DNA of 64,000 nucleotides from Curvularia clavata (Eukaryota), in NCBI GenBank assembly GCA_023920165.1, contig CP089277.1:186001-250000 (forward strand). The letters are read 5' to 3'. Shown here in pieces: positions 48,933 to 62,922 of this stretch (position 1 is the first letter of the stretch; every line of letters starts with the position of its first letter). Under the pieces are notes generated by a model. It was not told the DNA's origin. It saw only the letters and a list, made by a program, of their open reading frames with translations, and did no database searches. The position numbers and the translations under genes were made by a program.

Positions 48933-50906
48933 ATGAAACCTCCTAGGTATTGTCCGTTCCTTCGCTTGACCGCGTCCACCTTTGTCTTTAGAACAGGAGG
49001 TTTCGTGTATCGCATCATCTCAAGCAGGATACCATACCTTGTTTCGAACCTTTGCACGCTGCACGCCGCTCGGAACGGAACTTCAAGACTTTTGCGTCGT
49101 GACGACGTACCCATCTATGCACGTGCTCGCCCAGACGTGTACCCACAGTTTGTTGGTCGTGCGACATTCTTCTCTTCAAGACAGATGATGGAATCACTTG
49201 GAGACAGTGAGCAATTTGCGCAGCCTACTTTCTTCCATCACATGGCCTTGATACTTACAAGAATGCAGGCCCTGATCCCTATCGCTATACGAGTGGCCGA
49301 TGGCTCCGTGACGATGCGCTAGAGCAGGAATCGCGCCTTATACATTTCGACTTTGATGCTCTATGCCGCAGAGTTTTAGCATTATGTCCTGGCGCCAGCT
49401 CTATCACTTCGTACGAAAAGAAGGAAGGTGGCTTTAACAGAGTGTTTATATTTCACACTGATAATGCCAAACGTATCGTTGCAGGACTGTCTTTTGCATT
49501 TGCAGGGCTCGCGAGAATGACGACCAGTTCCGAAGTTGCAACGATCCAGTACTGTAAGTTCTACACCAAGATGATCTAGAAGAAGTGACTCTGCCACTAA
49601 CCGCGTCATGACTTTCAGTACAAGCTGAAACTAATGTCCCTATCCCAAAGATTTTGGATTGGAGCGACGATGCTTCAAATGCCATCGGTAGCGAATACAT
49701 CATTATGGAACATGCATCAGGGATACCATTGCACGAAAGATGGCCAACCATGGACGTGAGCGATCAAATCAGGTGCATAGAAACAATCTGCCAAAAGCTC
49801 AAAGAGATCGTTGACCTCAACTTTCCAGCGTACGGCAGTTTGTACTTTGCTGAAACACCACACATTCCTACTACTTCGAAGCTATTGTTGAATAGGAAGT
49901 TCTGTATCGGTCCTCACTGTGGGGCTATGTATTGGAACTGTAACACTAGACAGCCCAGATACTATCACGACATCAAACCAAGTCAAGGTCCATGTAAGCC
50001 ACTTCATTTTTCTTGAGACTGAACAAACGTTGAGCAAATTCTGCAGGGCTGAACATCAATGATTACTCTGACGGTCTCATCGACACTGGAATCTCCAGAA
50101 TCCCACCAGCTGAATCTATATCAAAACGCCCGCGTTATCAAGGATCTATCGATACACACAAGAAGCTGCTCAATTACGGTCGTGCAATGATAAAGGAAAT
50201 GGCCAAAAGCCCTCAGATTCAGAATATAGCTAGCCCTATGATGTTCCACCCTGATTTGCACAAAAGAAACATATTTGTGTCAGACGAGGATCCCACCGTT
50301 GTATCGGCCATCATAGACTGGCAGTCAACTAGCATTGAGCCAGCATTCTGGTATGCGGATTCGACGCCAGACTTTGCGCAACCTATACTTGATCCTTCAG
50401 GCGAGGATAGAATTGAACCCAAAAGCGAGGCTTGTGCGAAAGCATATGATTATTGTGTTCAATTCCTCGCCCCAAAGCTGTTCGCAGCGAGATCAACAGA
50501 TGAAGATTATCTTCGACCATTTCGCTACTGCTATCGCACTTGGGAGGATGGCGCTGTTGCCTTCCGCGAATAGCTAATTCAGACGTCGCGACGGTGGAAA
50601 GAGCTTGGGTTTGCGGTACCGTCTCCATTTCCTCTACCGCGCCCCGACGAAATCGCGGCTCACCAGAAAGAATTCAAGCTTTTTGAAGCGGCGCAACAGC
50701 TAAGACATAGCCTGTCAAGTTTGCTGAATACCGCATCTGACGGCTGGGTACCTCCGGAAGATTGGGAAGTAACTGATTCCGCGCATCGGGAGGTTTTTGA
50801 GGGAATACTGCAGGAAATACTTCGTAATGAGCAGCCCGATGACGATGAGCCCATCAAAGACGAAAATGATCTCAGAGAGATCTGGCCGTTCGACCTAAAA
50901 GAATGA
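48933..50906 (+). pseudogene. APH/choline-kinase-like phosphotransferase (Aim9-like) with in-frame stop
   Basis: YRYTSGRWL, EGGFNRVF, SEVATIQY, IGSEYIIME, HPDLHKRNIFV, IIDWQ; three introns. TAG at 50571-50573 in FRE*LIQ; the frame continues to WPFDLKE*. Confidence 0.8.
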
Positions 50907-51868
50907 ACATGTATTGAGAAACTGAACGTTGTTCTCCAGGTCAACTCGCAGGCGAAAAGTCCGGCGTTGAGGGACTGGGCGAGGAAGAGGTCGACTCATG
51001 ACAAGTCAGCTACCGTGATCTTCGATACAGGGCCAAGGATCAAATCGCGGAGCTCGATAGAGTACAGGCATATCTTGAGTCACAAGCAACGAACAAGCTT
51101 GGTCGTATGAAGCATCAGGTTCGTACATGCAGTAAGCCTCTGACAAGACTAGACTCACTATTTTTCAGAATAGAGAAGGTAGCAGTATTGTGGCATCCTT
51201 ACATACGTCGAGGCATTGCCGGGCTGCAAGTGGAAGGTAGATGTCAACAAGTGCAAGGAGATTTTCAGAGACATTATTGACCATTGCGATACCAATGGCG
51301 AGAATCGAAACCAGGGTGGAAGATGGGAGAATAATTGTCTAAAGTGGAGACTTGATCCAAACGCCGATCTTTGAGAATTCGTTGTGCATAGAACTATAAC
51401 AAGAAGTAGCCGCAGTCTCGGACGATATTTGTAGATTGAAAGTTTTTACAGTTTTATGGGCTGAGAATTAACTATGAACATGGCGGATAGTCATGGGTGT
51501 CATCACCGTGCTCGTGGTAGTCGCCTCAATGTTGAGGAATATACTTAGGGTAGTACTTTTGTTGCACTCTATCTGGGGTGGGCAGGGACTGTGGCGAGTA
51601 AGGTGAGACAATGACAAGTTTAGTGCGTTAATGCAGAAACAATGTGGCCGGAAGAGTGCTTGGATGATGCCAGAAGCTTGTCGTGGCATGCAAAAATAGG
51701 CTGCCCCTTTCTGTGTCGTAATTCCGCCGTCTCACTCCGGGAGTGAGCCAATGCCAAGCCTTTGCCACGTGCCAACGCGCAGCCGTGTTATCACCCAACG
51801 CGTGTAACGGTTCCTTGTTTTCGTCGCCATCAGCACACAACCACGACTCTTCGCCCACCAAACGTACA

Positions 51869-53584
51869 ATGTCGTCTGACGATGAAGATCTCAAGCTTGC
51901 CATGGCAATGTCACTCCAGGACACTAGCGAGCCTATCGACCTCACTTCCAGTACGGATGACGACGAAGACGAGGATCTTAAGCGTGCCATTGCCCTGTCC
52001 TTACAAGAAGGTAGCAATAATGACGAAGCACAGCCACCCAATAAAAGCACTGTGGCTCAGACTTCTCGTGAAACAGCCTCAAGCTCCATGGGCATGGATC
52101 GGAAGGCAATGGAACAAGAGCGCCTAGCAAGATTAGGCAAACGTAAGCGCGAGCCATCTCCGGAAAGACCTTCCAAGCAGGCCTCAGGAGCGGCTAAGGC
52201 TTCTGGATCATCTCCAGACCCAGCGCTGCAATACCCCACGGGAGTCATCAAGCGGACATTTGCTACAAAATACCCGAGGTCAGACGACATCACTATCGAT
52301 GAAGTTTTGGAAGCGCCAAAAGTTCGTGTAGCAGTCATTAGCTCGTTCATGTGGGAAGCGGAATGGCTGTTCAAGAAACTGAATCCCGCCAAAGTGAAAC
52401 AGATATGGATCATGAATGCAAAAGGCAAAGACGTTCAGCAGAGGTGGCAGAGGGAAATGGAAGACATGGGCGTTCCGAACCTCGAAATCCATTTTCCGCC
52501 TATGGACGGAATGATTCAAAGTATGCACAGCAAGTTCATGCTGCTCTCCGGCCGCGACAAGCTACGTATCGTCATTCCAACTGCCAATATGACGCAGATC
52601 GACTGGGGAGAGGTAGCGAATGACTGGCAACCTGGTGTTATGGAGAATTCCGTCTTCTTAATTGATCTCCCACGCAGACACGATGGATTGGCGGGCAAGA
52701 AGGAAAGCTTGACACGCTTCGGTCAAGAGCTGATGTATTTCTTGGAGATGCAGAAGGTTCCACAGAAGGTGGTGGAAGGCGTCTTGAAATTTGACTTCTC
52801 ACGAACTAGTAACTTGGCTTTCGTCCATTCCATGTAAGATGGCCGGCATGATAATCCCCAGATTCAACTAACCTATTAAAGTGGCGGCTCACATAAGTCC
52901 GAGTCTGTGCCCCCTACAGGACTTCCAGGCCTTGCAAAAGCTATTCAAGATTTACATCTCGACAACGTAGAGCGGGTAGAGCTCGATTATGCCGCTTCCT
53001 CGCTTGGTGCTATCAATGACCATCTGTTGTCGCGCATGTACCTTGCAGCATGTGGCAAGCCTTTTACACCAGACACATCCACGGTACCCAACGTTCGTGA
53101 TTGCATCCGCATATACTTTCCTACGAACGATACTGTGGAGAAAAGTCATGGAGGCCCTGACTGTGGTGGAATCATCTCCCTGACACAGCAATACTACAAC
53201 GCGGCCACGTTTCCGAGAGAGTGCCTCCGTAACTATGAGTCGTTGCGACGAGGGATGCTATCGCACAACAAACTCATCTTCGTACGCGGGCGAAAGAAGG
53301 ACGGAAAGCTATTTGCATGGGTTTACGTGGGGTCGGCCAACATATCGGAGTCGGCATGGGGAGGGCAGAAAGTGCTTAAGAACGGCAGCATGGGTGCTTT
53401 GAACATCAGGAACTGGGAGTGTGGTGTTGTGGTACCTGTGCCAGACGACCGACTCACGGGTTTGGGGCTCAACAGTAATGAGGTAGCGCCGATGAGGGTA
53501 TTTGAAGGCACAGTCGAGGTACCTTTCCGATATCCAGGAGAGAAATATGAAGGCAAACAACCGTGGTTCTTTCGACCAGGGTGA
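51869..53584 (+). CDS. Tyrosyl-DNA phosphodiesterase (TDP1 family) with N-terminal UIMs
   Basis: Two HxK motifs (MHSKFML..PTANM; SHNK..YVGSANISESAWG), RNWECGV; one intron at ~52834-52881. Confidence 0.9.
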
Positions 53585-53993
53585 AGGGCGCAGTGGTTGC
53601 CCTTCTAACAAAGAGTCGTGCTGCACAAGCCAGCCCAATGAATGGAAACATCAACGTCTATGATATCACCAGTCACCAGACTTATGGCAGCAGCAAGGTC
53701 TGGCCGGGAAGAGGGTACGATGTGGCTGTGACGTTGTGGTGTGTGCCCTGCATACATAGACTTGACTCGACGGGGATCGCTGGATGGCTGTGGGAGTTGC
53801 CGGACCAATTTCGGGTAAGGCAGTGCGGGCGTGCTCGGGGGTTGGCTGACTGCACCGCGCACACACGCCCAGTACGCAGACGCAACCATGAGCAAGGATG
53901 ACTGGGAACGTCTTCACTAACTTGCTATGTTAACTCGACGCCGTCGCTGCTGCTTGGTCTCGCACACTGCTTGTGTTTTCCTCCTATGTCCTC

Positions 53994-55929
53994 ATGTCGG
54001 ACGCATCTAACGCTCTAAAGCGACCCCATGTCTCGACAGACGCGACCGCTGCCTATACCATTGAAATGTTGAAAAAGCAACAACCTCTCACAGCACCCAT
54101 CCACGGCCTGTTCACTTCGCCAGCAAGATCGCATCCCAATGCTGCCCACGCCAAAGAGCTCCCTTTGCACCTCATCCAGCTGATCCTCACACACGTACGT
54201 CATTGGAATCGCGTGGGAGCCCGCCAGCTGACCATGAATGAAGCTTGACCATGTTGGCGACCTTGCACGCATTACACGCACATCGCGTCTCTTCTACTAC
54301 ATGGCGCTGCCGCGCCTGTACGAGCACGTCACGCTCCGCGCCTACTCAGAGATACGCTTCGTAGACGGCAAGCCCGAGGGATACGGCAGCGGGAGTCCCT
54401 TTGCCATGGGACTCAATACGCTCGTGTCGCGCAACTTCAGCGATTATATACGCAAGTTCTCCGTAGTGGGCGATTGGCGAGAACACGATGTCGACGACTT
54501 TAAGCAAGGCCGCGTGCCGGACAATTCCATGATACTCCAGGTTGCCATGCGCGCCGCACTCGACCGCATGAAGAATCTCGAAAGTTTTGCGTACGTTGTA
54601 GCCTGTCAAATGCCTCCCAAAATCATTGCTGATATTTCCAGGTGGGAGCTCAACATGCCACCACTACAAACAGTTTACCAGGGCCTCGGGGCCAGAACCA
54701 CGCTGGCCTCGCTAACGATTCGATGCCAGACACGACGCATACCACGTCCAACCTCCATCTTACCTCCATTACCCAATCTGCAGACACTAGTCGTATACGA
54801 CATTGACCCTCTTTGCTATCCCGACGACATTTCGCTGCTTCTCCTCGGCTCCAAGAAGCTTGAAAATCTCAAGCTGCACTGGAGCCCTCGTATGCGGGCC
54901 GAGGGCGAAGAGTCGATCAATCTGCATTCCATCTTCGGCCGCTGCATAGCTGCGAAACACTCGATACCACTTAAACGCTTCGCTATATACAACTTATACA
55001 CTCGCAACACAATGGACGGCGTCCATAATGCTCTCAGCCAGGACGCCAAGGCCGAAATGACAGCAATCAACTCGGGAAACCTTTCTGATCCCACGACAGT
55101 CTTTATTGACAGCTCGTGGAAGGTACAAGACACCGAACTTGCTACGCTCAATCTGAAGATGATTCGCACCGACAATGCGGAAAAGGAACAAGCAGTTGCA
55201 TTAGGAAAATACAAAGGCTTGGAACGCCTGTACATCATTGGAAGCAGGCGAGGTGGTCCCTCATACTCAAAACCGAACAGTTCTGCTACAACTCCCGCAA
55301 CGCCATGCAACATGACGCCCAGTATGAGTAACGGTACTGGGAGTGCTAACGGCACCCCGAACACCATTTCTGAAAGCCGTTGCCGGAGTATTGCAAGCGA
55401 ATATCTCGCTGCTATTCAGACTAACCACCGCACAATCCGTCATCTGCTCCTTTCAGATCGTTGGGTCTTGTCTGACGATGCCCTGTTCAGACTCTGCCAG
55501 TCGTGTCCGAATCTAGAGCAGCTTGGCTTCGCTAGCTCGGTTCCGCCACTCGAGTCGTTGCGCCAAGTTTTCGCTCTCGTGCCCAAACTTTGGGCTGTAC
55601 GTTTTTTGGTCAACCCAAGCCATGATGGTACCGACAGATCTGAACTCACAGATCCAGACATAAACGGCTTTGCACTTGCCACAGAGTTTTGGCATCCGGA
55701 GTACAAAAATTTGAAATATGTTGGATATGGTGAAGACCTGGTTTTCAAGCTCGGCGGAGTATACTTTCCACCAAAGGGCAAAATGCCGGGTGCCGGAGTT
55801 GAAAGTAATAGTTTGAGCGCTAGAATGTCTGGCCCGAAACGGACTTTTAAAATAGTAAGCAGAGAGAGCGTCAAGGATATCGAGATCTGGGGCTTGGATA
55901 CCGGCGAGTTTGATCCCGCATTTCCCTGA
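53994..55929 (+). CDS. F-box-like/LRR-type protein
   Basis: ELPLHLIQLILTH|LDHVGDLARITRTSRLFYYMALPRLY F-box-like segment, LPNL/LERL/CPNLEQL repeats; two introns. Confidence 0.8.
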
Positions 55930-57768
55930 AGGCTACTCTTTGCGAATACTTCAAAGCCCCCTTGGAGCGTTCCTTCAAACGAGCCGGCGTGCACTCTGAT
56001 GGATACAAGGCAATCCATGGACACGCCGGTACCCTGCACATGACGAACAACGCCTGTCTTGGAATTGCCTCGTCCGTAGTGGCACGAAGTGGAGTAGAGG
56101 TTAAGGGACTCCGGACCTGCGCCATACACATTTCAAAAGACGCGATACTCAAATTCTCACTCAAGTGCGACATGACGTCATTTCAGAGCATCATCCGCAA
56201 ACGAGTATCAAAATTAGACTTTCCACGCAGTATAGAGCACGACTATGGGTTGCTATCCTACGCACCCGCGTCATAGGATTGGCGTGGCTTCTCCCCGACC
56301 TACCTGGAAGCTTACCGCCCCATCTTTTCATGTCCCTAGCGATGCACATCGTTCCATTCCTGCTCGCCTATTTTCTTCAGCCTTGATATGCCATGCCTGT
56401 CTTCTTTGTGGACTGGCCTGCTGCAATTTTCTGGCCATGCCGAACACATTCTAATACACTGTTCAAGAACACCTTGCAACTAAAGAATCTGGTGGAGATC
56501 GCTGCGAAAAGTCAACTTTTTATATTAGAAGATTATCAACAATTCAAGCGAAGAGCATACTTTGTTGCTTCTAAGTTGACTTACAGCAAAATGCCTCACA
56601 TTGAAAGATCTCGGGAGATCGTAATTTTTTCAATTCATCTACAGCATCATCACAGACAAAGTGTACTCTAATGCAGAAACACTTGTCAATTGTGTCCGAA
56701 GACATGGAATTGAAGGGGACATCTGATATGTGTTTAATGACTATTGGGAGGAGTAAGCAACATTAAGTGGTTGCGAGTTCTGCAGCTTGGGAGACGATAG
56801 AACCAAATGCTTGAGTGTAGGACTGATTGTTTTGGGAGCAAAGTTCAGATCTGACACACTGTGGGTCCTGCTGAGAATATGTAAGATGACGAAGAGGAGG
56901 ATGCAGGTGTGGTGGAGCCACGGTCCGCAACGAGCCGTGCCACTCGCTAATCTCGATTGTGCGGGTTTTTGGGAGGATGTCGTGATTTGAGCATGATAGC
57001 TGGGATAATGCTGACATAGTGGGGATCAAACGGTGTACGAAGGGTAGATCCTCGGAGAATGGAACTAGCCAAATTGGCTACACAAGAGATAAGCATCGTT
57101 CCGGATAGCAATTGGCAAGCCGTGCGTGTTTAAGTTAGACTTATTGCCCTCTATTTTAAATCCAAGCTGACAAACATAGCCTGGCAGTCACTCTGTTCCA
57201 TCGACACTGCATGGACCGAGTTGTTTAGCCTAGCTGTGATAACCTCGTTCACTTAAGCATACTATAAATTCCTTCTTTACACAAGTGTTCCTCATACTAC
57301 TTGGAAAAGCCATTAATGCTCTTACAGGATGGCTCTGTACTCTTAGTCTTAGAGCTTTCATATTTGAACGGAAAAGGGATTCTTCCCCCAGGAACACTTC
57401 AGGTCATGGATGGTATGATTTCTCAAGCTAAACCACCGATAATACCAGCCCCATCTTACAAAGTAGCTCCTAATTCAACTGAAAACCCTCGTTATTGAAC
57501 TCCAGTGGGATATATAAGCACAAGTGAAATTGACTCCTGTTAGAGATCAGTTTTGAGTCTTTGCTCTGTTTTCAGCACGCACAAGTGCACGAAAGCTTCA
57601 ATCATAAGGAAAGCCGCGTGGCTAAATGTTTTATCCAACTGATCTAAATTCAAGTTCCTATACTTCAGGTCCCCAGCTTATTTCCAGTTGATATACTTTC
57701 CACGGAAACAATGCACCCAAGTTGATTCGAGCACACATCCATCTCGGAACCTCGCATGCAATGGTTTC

Positions 57769-59433
57769 CTACATCAACTCATCCAGTCCCTCGTCATGTA
57801 CTTTGAGGCTCTTTTCCTTGTCCAAAAACACCTGCTGCTCAACCCTACTCTTCTCCACGTCGACAAAAAAGTACAAAAACGCACAACTCGCCAGACTCAG
57901 CGCGAACAAAAAGTAGAAAGGACTACTATTGTTCCCCGTGTCATCGATAATAGCAGAACTAACTAGTGGTCCAATAAAAGCACTCGTTTTCCCAACAATC
58001 GAGAACAAGCTGAAGAACAAGAACTCTTTGCCGCGAGGAGTAACTTCAGAAATCATCGTCTGCGAGTAGCTGTACCATGGACACACCAAGAGTCCGTAGA
58101 AGACCTGGTACACCCAGACTTCCCACTTGTTATGAAAGCCGAATCGTTGTGTCCAGATGCCGATCATGCCCCAGCCGTCAAGCAGGACGATGCAGACAGC
58201 GACGACCATAAACATGGTCTTGGTCGAGAGCCCGTACGACTTTTGTATGCGCCAGAATGCGCCGATGCCGATGGCCTGGGCGGCAATACCGACAATCAAT
58301 AAGTAGGTGAGTTGAAGACTGTTATAGGCGACAATCTCATTCTGCAAGGTACCAATTACGGTTACGGTAGTGTTGAGGCTGTCACCCAGAAGAAAGTAGC
58401 CTGCAAGGTACGCCAGACTCTGCCGCAATTGCCAAATCTGCTGGGCGGCGTAAACAAGCTGCTTGAGACCTGCTACGATAATGTTGCTGCGGCCTGGGTC
58501 TTGACCTGGACGTCGCTTCTCGAGAATAAACCATGGGATGGCGCATAGTATCCAGACACCTGTGGCAAAAGCAATCAAAACGGAAAGACCCCAGTTATTG
58601 TTTGCTTGGCTGTCGTTGACGCGAAGCCCAAACATGATGCCCACAATGACAGCGAGGATAAGAATCTCGAAAACGGATTGGGTGTAAAACGCCACATTGG
58701 ATAGTTCGTTTCGCTTCATCATGTCGGCGAATTCGTACTCTGCGCGGGTGATTTTTCCTTCAGCAAATTCCTCGGCCTTTTCACGGAGGTCCTTTGTGTT
58801 TCGTGCTAGGCCGGGGAAAGCAGCGGTCCAGAAAGTGATGGTGGTCTGGTAGGCAATGAGTCCGACAATGTAGAGCCCGACGCCGATGTGCCATTTGTCT
58901 TCGGTATGGACGCCCAGCCAGCCAAATCCGATACCAAATGCGATTATGGAAAGAACAATGAGGATGTTCGGTCGCCATGTGCCAAAGTCTGCAAAAGAAC
59001 CCAGGATCAGGAATATGACTACTTGGATAGCGAAGCTGATGCCATTGCACAGGAGCACAATGGAGTTGATGGTGCGGTTCCGGCCCATGAAATAGAGAAT
59101 CTCAGAATCACCAGCAGCTAGATACATGAGGTTTTGAAATGCCGTGGGTCCGAAGTTGAAGAGAGTCAATCCGTTGTCTCCGACATAGTAGCTATGGATT
59201 GGTTACTAAAACGGATGCAAACAGCCGACATGTCATGCTGCAACGGCAGCTGCTAAGCAGGCGTTCACCTACGAGTAATACGCCCAAATTTCCCATTTTG
59301 AAGTCTCGTAGCGCTCTTCAAACTGATCTGGCGCAACTGGTATATCGGTCTCGAGAGGAACACCGACGGCGCCTTTTGTCGGGTCTTCAGCTGGCGCACT
59401 CAAAGGCGCAAGTCCAGGCTCATTGGACGCCAT
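57769..59433 (-). CDS. ATG22: Atg22-family vacuolar amino-acid effluxer (MFS)
   Basis: KWEIWAYYS|YYVGDNGL, GSFADFG, AAFPGLAR, YFLLGDSLNT, EFLFFSLFSIVGKTSAFIGP; about 12 TM helices. Confidence 0.85.
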
Positions 59434-59870
59434 TGGAAAATTCAAAAGATGAAGGGAACGGCTTGAAAATCAACAAACGCCTCCAAGCTCAATGTTGCGC
59501 GACTTGCGTCTTTTCTATGCCGCTCCGGCAGTCGCTAAGCAAATACCCTAGTAATTCGTCATGTCCATGTTCGGAGATAAGCTGGCTACTTGATAGGAGA
59601 GAATTCATGGGGGGCAAAATGGACTTGGGTCCGAGGCCTGGAAAACTGCGGCAAGTCGGAAACAGACAGGCCTACCATGTAGGCTCCGCGCGATGTCAAG
59701 CTGTATGATTGGGGAGACGCGTAGTTAAGATGTGCAAGCGGTAGCCAAGTGGAGCTTGGTTGATAAAAGATGTGGGGTGTGGGAAGCTTGGAAACTTGAA
59801 AACCCTGACGACTTCACAGGCTAGGCCCGGTGTGGGCTGGCGTATTTGCCGCCGCCGGACGGTCCCTGCA

Positions 59871-61874
59871 TTATGCGCAGTTGTCGTCCTCGATAAGTTT
59901 CCGCAGGTCGTCGTCGAACAAATCTTTGAATAAGTCGTCGTCTTGGAGTTCAGTGTTACTAGAGTTGGCAAGGACGCTAGACTCGAAATCGAACAGGGCA
60001 TCATCGTCTTGTGTGTTTGATGGGAGTGTCGTATCTGCCTCGGTGACTTGAGTATTTGACAGAAGAGTCGTATCCACGTCGTTTGCTTGGGACATATCCA
60101 CGGCCAGCAACGCATCGATGTCGATATGCGAGACAGCCTCCAGGTCTTGTGGATTTACCACATTGCTTTGAGGAGTCGACACTGCATCGTTCAAGTTGGC
60201 GCCCTGTGGAAACGGAGAGGTCTGTGGCTTTGGCGCATTGTTCTGAGGCAGCGACACTACATTGTTCAAGCCTGCAGCCTGTGTGTACGGAGTCTGCTGT
60301 GACCTCATCGAGCTCGTCGATTGCGTAGGGGCAAAATTCTGTTGCATGGGCGAGACGGTAAACTGCGAACGATACTGAGGCTGCTGTTGCATCTGACGGA
60401 CGGGTGCATTTGGACCAGCTGGGACATTCGAGGGTGGGAACTGGATGTGACCGCCGTTTGGTGCCATCATCAGGGATGCGGGAACGGAATTCAAAGCTTG
60501 GATGTTGCCTGTAGGCTGAAATCCACTCGTGTTGAAAGCAGCGCTGCTGAAATGTATACGTTAGTCATGTTTGAAAAGGCTTCATAAGTACTAGGGGACA
60601 TACCCATTGGCATCGAGCTTTCTTTTCTTGTTGGAGATAAAGGTGTGCTGAGGCTGGTTTCCTTGCGGCTGCAATTGAAACTGGAACTGTTGATTTGACA
60701 GCGAATGAGGCTGGAGCTGCTGGTGAAAAGGTGGTCGCTGCTGTGGATGTTGCTGGTGTAGCATCTGCTGATTTGACTGTTGCTGTGGCTGCTGCTGATT
60801 TAGCTGTGGCTGCTGCTGCGAATGCTGCTTTGACTGCTGGCAAATGGCGAATGCGGCTTTCTGACACATATTGCGAACGGCCGTCAAGTATTGCTGCTTT
60901 GCCCCCTCCAACTCCAGTTTCGCTTGCTGCTTTACTGCTTCTACCTGCTGTTGAGCTGCCTGAAGGTACTGCTGGGCCTTTTGGAGCTGCTCTTGGGCAG
61001 ATTGCGCCTGCTGCTGCGCTTCTTGCATCTGATGTTGCACTGCTTGCGTCTGCTGTTGGGCCTGCTGGAGATGTGTCTCCATCATATTCACTCGCTTCTG
61101 CATATTTTCAAACTTGAGTTTCCAACCTGACTCTGACCTTTTCAGTTCCGCGATGCTCTTTGTAAGAATGGCCTCTTTAGCCTCAGCCTTTTTCTCCTGT
61201 TCCTCAACATGGGCTTGTGATTTGGCTAGCTCGTCTTCCAAGGATGCTTTGGCTTTCTCCGCAGTCTCGAGTGAGGATTGGCGGTTGACAATGACCTTGT
61301 TCAAATCCTTGATAATAGTGTCTGACTGTATCTTGAGTTGACCTTTTTCTTCCTGGGACGATAGGAAGCCGGCCTGCATATCGTCGAGCTGAGCTTCAAG
61401 GCTCTGGACTTTCTCACTGTTCTTCGCCTCTTGGTCTTTGAGAGCACACTGAAGTGCGAGGTTGTCAGCCTTGAGGCCATCAAAGCAGCTCTTAGCTTTG
61501 CCCAAATAACTGCGACGTTCTTCGATCTGCTTGTGAACCTCTGCTTTTAGGTGACGAACTGCGTTGTTGGCATGAATCTTTTCCGTGTACCGGTCCTGTG
61601 CGCGTTGCTTCGCTGCAGCTGTTTCGGCCTTAGCTTCTAGGGCACGTTTGTGTGCATCAGCAACCGATTTGTTGAGGCATATTTTCTCTTCTTCAAGCTC
61701 AGCGATCTGGCGCTTGAGGGCCGCTATTTGTTCAGAACTTGGGGTGGGCTGCGACGAAGACTTGACTGCCTCAGTGGATGTTGGGTTCAGTGAAGAGCCC
61801 ATGGCGGTGTCCTTTGTGGAGTCTACTGATGCCTCAGAGCATGGGCTGCCATACGGATTCGCGATTTCTGGCAT
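59871..61874 (-). CDS. Hypothetical coiled-coil, Gln-rich protein with NLS-like KKRK and acidic tail
   Basis: Two ORFs are joined in frame by intron 60603-60547 (GTATGT...CTAAC...CAG). Confidence 0.75.
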
Positions 61875-62922
61875 TGCGGATAGAGAAGACGCTGCGTCAA
61901 CGCGAATTCGAGTAACGTTATGGCGCAGATTCGAGCGAAGACAGGCTCAGTATGCGGTTGAGCTCGAGGGCGGCGTTGTTACGTACTTGACAGTTGAGAG
62001 ATATAGCCAAGAAAGTAGAAAAGTTTGCTCACGGAGCGAGTGAGTCGAGGTGAGAGTGAGTCGGTGACTTGCTATAGCCAAGGCCAAAACCGGGCTATGG
62101 TTGCGAGCAAACGGACGCAGGCTGCCAATGATAGGCGACAGTGCCGTGAATACGAGGCCGGCCAATCAAAAGCGAGATGACAATAGCAAGACTGGACTGA
62201 AACAAGTTTTGTAGAACAGCACTACATTCTGAAAAAGGTGTTCATTCACTGTGAGTGAGCGACAAAGCGTGGCCCAGCCACGGTTGGCTAGAGCTGGCTA
62301 TGTGCTTGCGGGCGCAACTGGGAGATTAAGTCTTCACTCCTCACCATCACTACAAGTTAGAATAGGTGCGCTGGTCTACTGCATTCCATCTTGCTACTAG
62401 GTGCGGTGCATATGTTCTTTAGAATTCAGGTACAGTATAGGGTCTGACACAACCAAACTAGAAAATCGAAGGCAAACTACCAACAATGAGGAACTGTGAT
62501 ACATAACGCTATTCTTAAAAAGTAGGGACGTAAGTACTACGAACACAGTAAACAATGAATAACTGTGACAGCTACAGCTGCTTTCACAATCGTTCGCCAT
62601 TTTTCGATTTCACCAGTTGTGGGAGAGGCGCATTAGTCTTTCTCCCTCCACAACATGACCTCGAATTCGAAATGTCATCACGAAATCTGCGAAGTGAACG
62701 AAAGTATACACGAATATCAGACAGAAAAAGTTTCTTTTTTTTCTCAAAAGTTCATATTGACGATTACTAATAATCCTTCAATGTTCGTACACAAGGTCGG
62801 AACATTATTATCTACAGCAGGACATTTTCTGGCTCATACAAATCAACAAAAGTGTCATCTACATGCACACAACTTTCACCAAAACAGATGAAAACAACAA
62901 CAAAACTCGGAGAGCGACGCGA

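Noticed and set aside
50571..50573. A-to-I editing-corrected TAG stop
   Set aside because: Editing would give Trp, but a Glu-like residue seems expected at this position, and such editing is not established for the inferred lineage.
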